Source: Bacilli bacterium (GTDB taxonomy: Bacteria > Bacillota_I > Bacilli_A > RFN20 > CAG-288). From it: a stretch of DNA of 64,000 nt. A program made the translations under genes and the position numbers. The notes beneath the pieces were generated by a model, which saw nothing but the letters and a program-made list of their open reading frames with translations, made no database searches and was not told the DNA's origin. This document shows positions 26,606 through 34,898 of this stretch, piece after piece. Numbering within the stretch: position 1 is the stretch's first letter; every line of letters starts with the position of its first letter. Where the stretch lies: the NCBI GenBank assembly GCA_900770925.1, contig CAAGLY010000002.1, positions 18,942 through 82,941 of the forward strand, read 5' to 3'.

Positions 26606-29113
26606 ATGAGCTTTCTCGATAAAGTATTCCGTATTGATGCACGTGCCTTTAAGAAAATCCAGAAAAAAGCAAGTCGGGTTTTCGGCTATGAAGAGGAATT
26701 CAAGAAGAAAACCGATTCTGAGCTGAAAGCAAGGACCCCTTATCTGAAGAAGAAATTCGCTGATGGCTATACTGTCGACGATCTTCTTCCGGAAGCATTT
26801 GCAACTGCCCGTGAAGCCGGACGCCGTGTCCTTGGCCAGTTCCCGTACCCGGTCCAGGTCTTCGGTGCTACCGTCTTAAATGAAGGCGACGTCGCTGAAA
26901 GGCGTACCGGTGAAGGTAAGACCTTAACCGCTACTAGGGCCGTTTATCTTAATGCTCTGGAAGGAAAAGGAACCCACGTTGTCACCGTCAATGAATACCT
27001 CGCTCAGCGTGACTCGGAGTGGATGGGAAACATCTATCGCTTCTTAGGACTTACTGTTGGTGTTAACCTCCGTGAGTTATCGACTCAGCAGAAACAGGAT
27101 GCCTATAAGTGTGATATCACCTATACCACTAACTCTGAAGTCGGTTTTGATTACCTCCGTGATAACAGGGCTAAGTCGGTTCAGAACCGTGTTATCCGTT
27201 CTCCTAAGGACGGCGGACTGCATTTTGCCGTCATCGATGAAGCTGACTCTATTCTAATTGATGAATCCCGTACTCCGCTTATTATCTCCGGCGGAAGCGG
27301 AATCACTGCTTCTAGCTATGTCACGGCTGACCGTGCGGTCAAAGGACTCCGTAAGGACCGTGATTATACGATCGATATCGAGAAGAAGGTTGCCAAGCTT
27401 ACCGACAGCGGTGTTGCCAAGGTTGAAAAAGCCTTTGGCATCGATAACCTCTTCGATGCTCAGTGGGCAGATCTTGCTCACCGTGTCCAGCAGGCATTAA
27501 AAGCAAACTACATCAGGCGTAACGGTGTTGAATACATGGTTGGAGACGGAGAAATCCTCTTAATCGATGGCTTCACCGGCCGTGTCAGGAAGGGACGTGA
27601 GTATTCCGATGGTCTCCAGCAGGCACTTCAGGCTAAGGAACATGTCGAAATCAAACCGGAGACAGTTACTTTAGCTACGATCACTTATCAGAACTTCTTC
27701 CGTCTTTATGATAAGCTTGCCGGTATGACCGGTACGGCTAAGACTGAGGAAGAGGAATTCCGTAAGGTCTACAACAGGCGTGTTGTGACGATTCCGACTA
27801 ACCGTCCGATTGCCCGTATTGATGATGCGGATTCGATCTTTGGAACCGAAGAGGCAAAGTATAACGCCATTGTAAAAGAGGTTGCAGCCCGTCATGAGAA
27901 GGGACAGCCGATCTTAATCGGTACTCCTTCTGTCGAGAAATCCGAGATTGTCGATCAGAAACTGAATGCTCTTCATATTCCGCATGAAGTTCTTAACGCA
28001 AAGAACAATGCCAAGGAAGCTGCGATTATTGCTAAAGCAGGCCAGAAGGATGCCGTTACGATTGCTACTAACATGGCTGGCCGTGGTACCGATATTAAGC
28101 TTGGCGAAGGCGTGAAGGAAATTGGCGGTCTTGCCGTTCTTGCTACGGAACGTAACGAGTCCCGTCGTATTGATAATCAGCTCAAAGGCCGTGCCGGCCG
28201 TCAGGGTGATCCGGGTTATTCCAAATTCTATGTTTCTCTCCAGGATGAAATTTTTGTCCGCTTTGCTCCTCAGTCAAGGAAGAACCTTTATGAGAAGTTA
28301 GGCGATGAAGCTTTTGAATCCGCCAGGAGGTCTAAGGCTATCACTTCTGCCCAGAAGCGTGTCGAAGGAAGGAACTTCGATACCCGTAAGCAGCTGTTGA
28401 ACTATGATGATGTTCTTTCACGTCAACGTAAAATCAGGTATGATCGCCGTGACCATATCTTATATAGCAAGACGATTTCTGAGACTAGGCCAGATTATTT
28501 CCATCTTACCAGTAAGACACTTTGCAACCAGGCAACTTATGTCAAGGATCAGGAAACGATTGTCAATGCTAAGAAGCTGACGGAAATCACTGCCAAAGCC
28601 TTATCAATTGATCCGAGCACAATCCATATCGAAGCTCTTGATCAGGCAAATATCAATGATGCTGTTGATCTCTTCTCTGCTGTCTTAGAGAAGAGGTATA
28701 AGGAACATAGCAAGGACTGGACACAGGAGAGGCGTGACTTTGCCGAGAAGACGGTCTGCCTTGACTGCATCGACCGTCGTTGGACAAAGCACATCGATTC
28801 TAGGTCTAAGCTCCGTGATGCTATCTGGCTCCGTTCTTATGCCCAGACTGATCCGCTTCAGGCTTATACCAATGAAGGCTTCGCTAGGTTCGATGAGAGG
28901 AACAACAACATCGCTAATGATGTTGTCCGTACTATCCTTCATGTCAGGTTCCGCAAGAATCCGGAAGTTCAGCAGAATATCCAGAGAGCACCGATTAATC
29001 AGACTGTTCCTGCTGCTGAAAAGAAGGTTAAGTTCAATCCAGATGCAGTCAGCAATATCACTCCGGATGATGACGGCATTGACCGGAGCAATCCGACTGC
29101 CAAGATTAACTAA
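26606..29113 (+). CDS. secA: preprotein translocase ATPase SecA
   Basis: The 835-aa protein carries the DEAD-like motor motifs (GEGKTLTA, DEADSILIDE), an IRA domain and a C-terminal tail. The RBS is AGGAGA. Confidence 0.95.
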   Translation: MSFLDKVFRIDARAFKKIQKKASRVFGYEEEFKKKTDSELKARTPYLKKKFADGYTVDDLLPEAFATAREAGRRVLGQFPYPVQVFGATVLNEGDVAERRTGEGKTLTATRAVYLNALEGKGTHVVTVNEYLAQRDSEWMGNIYRFLGLTVGVNLRELSTQQKQDAYKCDITYTTNSEVGFDYLRDNRAKSVQNRVIRSPKDGGLHFAVIDEADSILIDESRTPLIISGGSGITASSYVTADRAVKGLRKDRDYTIDIEKKVAKLTDSGVAKVEKAFGIDNLFDAQWADLAHRVQQALKANYIRRNGVEYMVGDGEILLIDGFTGRVRKGREYSDGLQQALQAKEHVEIKPETVTLATITYQNFFRLYDKLAGMTGTAKTEEEEFRKVYNRRVVTIPTNRPIARIDDADSIFGTEEAKYNAIVKEVAARHEKGQPILIGTPSVEKSEIVDQKLNALHIPHEVLNAKNNAKEAAIIAKAGQKDAVTIATNMAGRGTDIKLGEGVKEIGGLAVLATERNESRRIDNQLKGRAGRQGDPGYSKFYVSLQDEIFVRFAPQSRKNLYEKLGDEAFESARRSKAITSAQKRVEGRNFDTRKQLLNYDDVLSRQRKIRYDRRDHILYSKTISETRPDYFHLTSKTLCNQATYVKDQETIVNAKKLTEITAKALSIDPSTIHIEALDQANINDAVDLFSAVLEKRYKEHSKDWTQERRDFAEKTVCLDCIDRRWTKHIDSRSKLRDAIWLRSYAQTDPLQAYTNEGFARFDERNNNIANDVVRTILHVRFRKNPEVQQNIQRAPINQTVPAAEKKVKFNPDAVSNITPDDDGIDRSNPTAKIN

Positions 29114-29149
29114 TCTATCTATTTCTTTAATATAAGGAGCGCCGAACAA

Positions 29150-30268
29150 TGAAAGAACTTTCTGATCTGAATCGTTTACACGATACTCTTTCGGAACAGG
29201 TCCTTTCTTTGCAAGGCTGCCTTTGACTTCCCTAGACTGGAAGAAGAGAAGGCAGCCTTAAGCAAGCAAAGCGAGGATCCGTCGTTCTGGAAAAATCCAA
29301 GCTTAGCTGCCAGTGTTAACCGTAAATTAGCCGATATCGAAAATAAAATCAATTCGATTGAATCCTTTAAGTCCCGCCTTTCCTCGATTCAGGAGTCTTT
29401 AGATTTCCTGAAAGAGGATAGGGATAAGGATATCTTTGAGGATGCTGATCAGTCCCTGAATACCCTGAATAAGGACTTTGACGTTTTTTCTAAGACAATC
29501 TTCTATTCTGGCCCTTATGATGAGGCAAACGCTATTCTTGAATTTCATCCCGGAGCGGGCGGAACAGAAGCTCATGATTGGGCACAGAGGCTTTTAAGAA
29601 GGTATGAACGTTTCTGTGAATCGAATGGCTATCATTATAAGATTGTCGATAGGATTGAGGGAGAAGAGGCCGGTATTTCCTCTGCTACAAGGGTTGTGGA
29701 AGGAAAGAGGGCGTATGGAAACCTTCGCTCTGAGAACGGAGTCCATCGCTTAGTCCGTATCTCGCCTTTTGATGCTTCCGGTTCCCGGCATACTTCTTTT
29801 GCTTCCGTTTCCGTCATTCCGGAAATCGATGATTCCATCGATATCGAAATCCGTCCGGAAGATTTAAGAATCGATACCTATCATTCTTCCGGTGCAGGCG
29901 GACAGAATGTCAATAAGACGGAGTCTGCTGTCCGTATTACCCATCTTCCTACCGGCATTGTCGTATCCTGCCAGATTGAGCGGGATCAGCTTGCCAATAA
30001 GGAAACCTGTAGGGAAATGCTCCGCTCGAAGCTGTTCCAGATCGAACTGAAGAAAAAACAGGATGAACTGAATAAGATTTCTGGACAGAAGAAGGATATT
30101 TCCTTCTCTAGCCAGATCCGTTCGTATGTCTTCTGCCCCTATACCTTAGTTAAAGATCATCGGGATGACTATTCGGAAGTCTCTGTCCAGTCCGTCATGG
30201 ACGGAAAGATAAACGGATTCATCGATGCTTATCTGAAATGGGATTTCAGGAGAAATCATCAGAAATGA
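29150..30268 (+). CDS. prfB: peptide chain release factor 2, carrying the programmed +1 frameshift site CTT TGA C at 29221-29227. The 5' frame is anomalous (see finding).
   Basis: The post-shift frame encodes DFPRLEEEKAALSKQSEDPSFW...SGAGGQNVNKTESAVRITHLPTGIVV, giving the GGQ motif and an SPF-type region. The shift site and the upstream AAGG match the classical RF2 autoregulatory site. Synteny with secA is conserved. Confidence 0.85.
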
Positions 30269-31389
30269 AATGGTCTAGGAAATCTTGGCTGAAAAAGGAA
30301 GCCGGAATCATCAAGCGTGAATTCACGAGTGAAAGCCCCCGGAAGATAATCCAAAACATCCTTTATATTGTCTTAGGAGCTTCTATCTCTGCTTTTGCTG
30401 ATTCTTTCTTCACTATTCCTCTCAACATTGTCTCTGGCGGTATTGCTTCCCTATCCATTATTTCTCATCAGATTCCAGGGAGGAGTCAGATATCGACGGA
30501 GAGGTATGTCCTGATCTATACCTGGGGATTCTTCTTCCTCGGACTGATATTGGTCGGATTGAAGTATTCTCTTAACACGCTTGTCTATTCTATTACATAT
30601 CCGTTAATGGTCAGGCTCTTCACCTTTATGGTTAACCATGCCTGTATCGATGGGAATCATATCTTCAATGTTGTAGAGAGGGCATCCCGGATGGATCCTT
30701 CTCTGACAAGGCCAGACGGGAGCGCAGTAAATGCTAAGGACTGGTTACCTTTAGCTTATCTAGTCGGAGCAATCTTCGGAGGCAGGCTGGTCGGAACAGG
30801 TATCGGATTCGCCTTTGTCGGAGGAGGCTCCTCCGGAGGCACGGATGTGATTAATGTCCTCGCTAACCGATATCTTCATATCCGGATCGGAACATCCACC
30901 TTTATCTGTGACTTGCTGATTATCTCTGGCGGTTTCTTCGTGAATGGATACCAGCTGATTCCGACTCTTGTCGGCATTCTCTCTGCCTTCCTCTGTTCTT
31001 TTAGGATCGATAAAGTGTTCTTAGGGAACAGGCAGTATTTCATGGCTCTTGTCTCGTCTGAGAAAATCGATGAAAGGAATCAATTCATCAATCAGGATCT
31101 TGGCCGAGGCACGACCTTGATTTCCTGTCGTGGCGGCTATACGAAAAAACAGACGGAATTGCTTCAGGTCTGCTTCGATAAGCATGATTATTCGGTCATT
31201 AGGCAGGCCATTAAGCAATTTGATCCGAATGCCTTTGTTTCCGTTGTTGCCACGAAAGAAATTCTAGGATATGGCTTCACGCGGTCTACTCCGAAAGTGA
31301 ATAGGAAAGACATCGCTCTTTCCCCGGATGATGCAAGAAAACTCACAGCGAAAGCCCATCGCCTGAAAAAGAAAAACAGGTCGGAATAA
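30265..31389 (+). CDS. YitT-family membrane protein (DUF161/DUF2179)
   Basis: The ATG at 30265 overlaps the prfB stop as ATGA. There is a five-to-six-TM N-terminal domain and a C-terminal DUF2179-like soluble domain. Confidence 0.65.
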   Translation: MKWSRKSWLKKEAGIIKREFTSESPRKIIQNILYIVLGASISAFADSFFTIPLNIVSGGIASLSIISHQIPGRSQISTERYVLIYTWGFFFLGLILVGLKYSLNTLVYSITYPLMVRLFTFMVNHACIDGNHIFNVVERASRMDPSLTRPDGSAVNAKDWLPLAYLVGAIFGGRLVGTGIGFAFVGGGSSGGTDVINVLANRYLHIRIGTSTFICDLLIISGGFFVNGYQLIPTLVGILSAFLCSFRIDKVFLGNRQYFMALVSSEKIDERNQFINQDLGRGTTLISCRGGYTKKQTELLQVCFDKHDYSVIRQAIKQFDPNAFVSVVATKEILGYGFTRSTPKVNRKDIALSPDDARKLTAKAHRLKKKNRSE

Positions 31390-31405
31390 TCCGGCCTGTT
31401 TTGCT

Positions 31406-31807
31406 TTAGCGGATGAAACTTGGTTCTAGGATAACGTCTTCACCGGTTGTTTTAAAAACGAGACCGAATGAAAGAGTAGTTGTCTTGCTGCTGAGCTTTA
31501 TATTCTCTACGCATCCTTTTTTGAACAGAGTCTTATCTGTCTGGTTCTTGATTGAAAGGTAAGGGCCAATGAGCTTTTTATCCTCATTAGAAGCCGAAAG
31601 CCAGGTAAGGGAAGAATCATCATAGCTAAGCTCCGTTCCGTAAGGATAGGAAACAAGGGTTTCCTTTAATAACTGATCTTTGATCAGCCCTTTTCCTTCT
31701 TGGTAAGCGTATTGCCGGAAAGAGAGGATAGATTCACTTTTGTTTTGATGACAGCCGGTGAGTGAAAGAAGAACGGGTAGGAGTAAAAATATTTTCTTTT
31801 TCATCAT
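31406..31807 (-). CDS. lipoprotein, function unknown
   Basis: The signal peptide carries a lipobox (MMKKKIFLLLPVLLSLTGC). Confidence 0.5.
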   Translation of the reverse strand: MMKKKIFLLLPVLLSLTGCHQNKSESILSFRQYAYQEGKGLIKDQLLKETLVSYPYGTELSYDDSSLTWLSASNEDKKLIGPYLSIKNQTDKTLFKKGCVENIKLSSKTTTLSFGLVFKTTGEDVILEPSFIR

Positions 31808-32193
31808 CAGAATGAATCGAAATAGAAGACCATGCCTCTATTGAGAACGATTTCCTTTTTTCCGTTTTCGTCTAGACTGTTTTCAAGATTTGGTGAGTCA
31901 AAATCAAGATAGAAGGGCGTGCGGTAGAAATAGCATCCCCTGGCTGTTCCCTGGATATTCCGGACCAGGTCATCATCATAGCGAAGTACATAATCTCTTT
32001 GGAAGAGATGGTATTCTTGATATTTCCTTTCACCGGAAAAACAGATTGTGCCGTCTTCTTTGGTTTCCCTTGTATACTGCTTGAAGTAAACGGCCACATA
32101 ATCGGCTGTTGTTTTAATGTTAGAACTTTCGTTACATCCGACTAGTAGAAAAGAAATTGTGGCGAAGAATAATGATTTATTCATGTTAAACAC
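31807..32193 (-). CDS. lipoprotein, function unknown
   Basis: The signal peptide carries a lipobox (MFNMNKSLFFATISFLLVGC). The gene is co-oriented with the preceding lipoprotein gene and directly abuts it. Confidence 0.5.
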   Translation of the reverse strand: MFNMNKSLFFATISFLLVGCNESSNIKTTADYVAVYFKQYTRETKEDGTICFSGERKYQEYHLFQRDYVLRYDDDLVRNIQGTARGCYFYRTPFYLDFDSPNLENSLDENGKKEIVLNRGMVFYFDSF

Positions 32194-32355
32194 CCACGCT
32201 TGTTATCAATTTTTACTATAATACCACCTCCAACTTATTTTCAAGCTTTTTTGAAATTAAAAGCTGGTAAAGTCTGTAACGGGTAATCTACTAAGTCTTC
32301 AGCAATGAAGCAGGGAAAATCATTCCACCCTAGGAACATAGTGCACTATTTTCTT

Positions 32356-32895
32356 TTATTTTTCTATCCGATTTTTGATTAGGTAAGTGAAGAGGGCACT
32401 TTGAGTCTTAGCATCCGGAAGCTCATCATTTCTTACCCTATCTAAAAGCTGACCCCTTGGAATAAAGGAACAGGTGATTCTTTCTACGTTATCCAGATGG
32501 GTTTCTTCTTTGCGGAGCTTTCTTGCCAAAAAGAGATGCCTGACTTCGTCGGAGGAACCGACAGAAGGATAGATGACACCTAAGTCATTCCATTCTTCTC
32601 CGACATATCCGGTTTCCTCTTTCAGTTCCCGTTTCGCGGCATCAAGCCAAGACTCTCCTTCTTCCTTGTCTCCGGCTGGAATCTCAAGAATATCTTTGCA
32701 GTAAGGATAACGGAAGTTTGATTCAATCAGCACTTCTTCTTTTTCGTTGATTGCTAAAACACAGCTGCATCCATGGTAATGGATCAGCTGCCATGGAACA
32801 ATTGTTCCGTCTTCCCTTTCTGTCTTCGTGTTTTTGATTTCAAATCCGATTCCATGGAAGATACTCTCTTCCCTGATTCGTTTTCTTTTGTTCAT
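32356..32895 (-). CDS. NUDIX hydrolase (ADP-ribose pyrophosphatase-like)
   Basis: The Nudix box reads GDKEEGESWLDAAKRELKEETGY. Confidence 0.75.
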   Translation of the reverse strand: MNKRKRIREESIFHGIGFEIKNTKTEREDGTIVPWQLIHYHGCSCVLAINEKEEVLIESNFRYPYCKDILEIPAGDKEEGESWLDAAKRELKEETGYVGEEWNDLGVIYPSVGSSDEVRHLFLARKLRKEETHLDNVERITCSFIPRGQLLDRVRNDELPDAKTQSALFTYLIKNRIEK

Positions 32896-32896
32896 T

Positions 32897-33439
32897 TTAT
32901 CTGTCTAAGAGCAGATACTGTAAGATACCGGCAAGAGTCTTTCCGTCACGGATTTTATCTTCTTTGACCCTTTGCTTCACTTCTTCAAGTGGTACGAAAC
33001 GGTATTTGAGGTCTTCTCCGGCATCTAAATGCTGTCCTTTGAAGGTCAGACCTTTTGCTAAATAGATTTCGATGACTTCATCCGTATAAGCAACACTAGG
33101 ATAGAAAGTGCCGAGCTTCTTCCACTCTTTAGCCTGATATCCGGTTTCTTCCTCGAATTCCCGTTTTGCGGTTGTCAGCCCGTCTTCGCTTGGTTCAGCC
33201 TTTCCGGCAGGAAGCTCGATCCTGACATCGTCATAAGGATAACGGTACTGCTCTTCTAAAATGATTTCATTCTTCTCATTGATAGCAAGGATAGCAGAAG
33301 CATGGCAGTGACGGATGACTTCCCGGTGTGTCTTTCTTCCGCTAGGAAGAGTGACATCATCGACATAGACATCAAGTATATGCCCTTTATAGATTTCCTT
33401 GGATGCCGTTTTCTTTTCTCTTACTTCATCGATGTTCAT
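32897..33439 (-). CDS. NUDIX hydrolase (ADP-ribose pyrophosphatase-like), a tandem paralog
   Basis: The Nudix box reads GKAEPSEDGLTTAKREFEEETGY. It lies 1 nt upstream of the previous NUDIX gene. Confidence 0.75.
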   Translation of the reverse strand: MNIDEVREKKTASKEIYKGHILDVYVDDVTLPSGRKTHREVIRHCHASAILAINEKNEIILEEQYRYPYDDVRIELPAGKAEPSEDGLTTAKREFEEETGYQAKEWKKLGTFYPSVAYTDEVIEIYLAKGLTFKGQHLDAGEDLKYRFVPLEEVKQRVKEDKIRDGKTLAGILQYLLLDR

Positions 33440-33499
33440 AATATCTACCCCCGTGTTTTTCTATCTTTATTATATACTTCTGAACCCTTTCACAGAAAA

Positions 33500-33536
33500 A
33501 AGGAAGCAAGGGCATATCCCTGACTTCCTTTTGTTT
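33500..33536 (-). terminator. Rho-independent terminator for the metalloprotease-lipoprotein operon
   Basis: On the minus strand the stem AAAAGGAAG...CTTCCTTTT has an inner GGG/CCC pairing and is followed by TTTTTTCTG. A TATAAT for the NUDIX genes follows. Confidence 0.5.
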
Positions 33537-33540
33537 CGGA

Positions 33541-34221
33541 TTATCGGCTGACTGTTATATCCTTTCCGCTGTTTTCAAATCTGAATTTGTAAGTAATCGA
33601 GTCGGAACATAGGACAGACTGGTTTCCAAAGAAAGGGGCAGCGAAGTTTAAGGTCTCGTTTTCTTTCGGGGCAAGACAGGTGATAGTTAATTTAGCTTCG
33701 TTTCCGTCTCCGAGAATCGAATAGCAGGATGTGAAATCAATCTGGAAATCTAGGCAGACATCATAAACCCGGTAGAATACCTTATTAACACTCAAGGAAA
33801 AGACATGATAGGAAGACTCTTCTATTTCCGGAAGTGAAACTGCTTTGTATCCGAAGTCTTTTGATGAATCCGGAAAACCGAATTGACAATAAAGATAGGG
33901 AACTACAGATAGATAAAGGGAAGCATATTGACTGAAATTCAGGCCGACTCCTATCGTAAAAGTGATCCTCGGTCCGGAAACGGCCTGTTTTCCTTCGGTG
34001 TCCCTATCGATAATTAGATGCGCATCATTCACGGGCACACCAATTGGAATGTCTCCCGTGTCATCTGGTTCTCTGTTTTCTGATCTGAATGTGTTTTTCT
34101 GGGTCAGTTCCTCTGCTGTGTAAGGAAATCCGTTATCATCATATAGAAATTCTGCTGTTGATTGCGAACAACCGATAAGGAGAGGGAAAAGCCTGATTAG
34201 TGCAATTGATTTTCTGTTCAT
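33541..34221 (-). CDS. lipoprotein, function unknown
   Basis: The internal start is MNRKSIALIRLFPLLIGC (lipobox). The track ORF extends to 34311 but overlaps the upstream gene. A start at about 34221 gives a 4-nt ATGA-type overlap. Confidence 0.5.
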   Translation of the reverse strand: MNRKSIALIRLFPLLIGCSQSTAEFLYDDNGFPYTAEELTQKNTFRSENREPDDTGDIPIGVPVNDAHLIIDRDTEGKQAVSGPRITFTIGVGLNFSQYASLYLSVVPYLYCQFGFPDSSKDFGYKAVSLPEIEESSYHVFSLSVNKVFYRVYDVCLDFQIDFTSCYSILGDGNEAKLTITCLAPKENETLNFAAPFFGNQSVLCSDSITYKFRFENSGKDITVSR

Positions 34222-34898
34222 AATCTTTCTCCTTTGCTTGTTTGTGGCATAAGGCAATTTAATAGCGCTTCTGGTCTTTTGACTTCGAAAACGCTGTTGT
34301 GCACTGACCATTTCAATTTGATTTTGTTTGATACAATTGATCTTTCTTCAAAGCTATTTTGTTTAGAGTAGAACTGATTGCTTTGCGTATCAAACATTGT
34401 TAATCCAATAGAGATAGAACCGGAACTACCGCCCATCTTCTTCAGATAATAGTCGAAATCAATATCGATTCTGAAAGATCGATGATAGGTTAGATAATAT
34501 GTATCTGTGGTATAGTCCTCGGAATAATCCATCGCGTACTCACTTTGATTAATAGCAGGAAGTTCCTTTGAAAAGGAGTATTCATCCATGTCACCATAAA
34601 TGGCGATGACCGGCATATATTGCTTCCAGTCCTTTATTTTATCTTTGAATAGGCCGACATATATTTCTAATGGATAAATGTGGCTGCTGTCCACCTTTGT
34701 TTCTGGAAGCCGGAAATCGATTCTTGCCGGATTTTCAAAGGCATACTGCTTTCTTTCATTGACACTATAGGTATTGGAGAAATAATAGGTAAAGGTGTTT
34801 TCCTTTGCGATTTGGCTGCTTTTTGATTGACAGCCTGAAAGCAATAATAAGCAACAATTAAAAAGAATCCTAGGTAATTTCATATGATGTCCTTTCAT
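34218..34898 (-). CDS. lipoprotein, function unknown
   Basis: The signal peptide carries a lipobox (MKLPRILFNCCLLLLSGC). The start is probably at about 34883. It overlaps the metalloprotease stop. Confidence 0.5.
   Translation of the reverse strand: MKGHHMKLPRILFNCCLLLLSGCQSKSSQIAKENTFTYYFSNTYSVNERKQYAFENPARIDFRLPETKVDSSHIYPLEIYVGLFKDKIKDWKQYMPVIAIYGDMDEYSFSKELPAINQSEYAMDYSEDYTTDTYYLTYHRSFRIDIDFDYYLKKMGGSSGSISIGLTMFDTQSNQFYSKQNSFEERSIVSNKIKLKWSVHNSVFEVKRPEALLNCLMPQTSKGERL

Noticed and set aside
33302-33523. 73-aa plus-strand ORF spanning the NUDIX start region
   Set aside because: It overlaps a NUDIX CDS and a terminator, and has no RBS.
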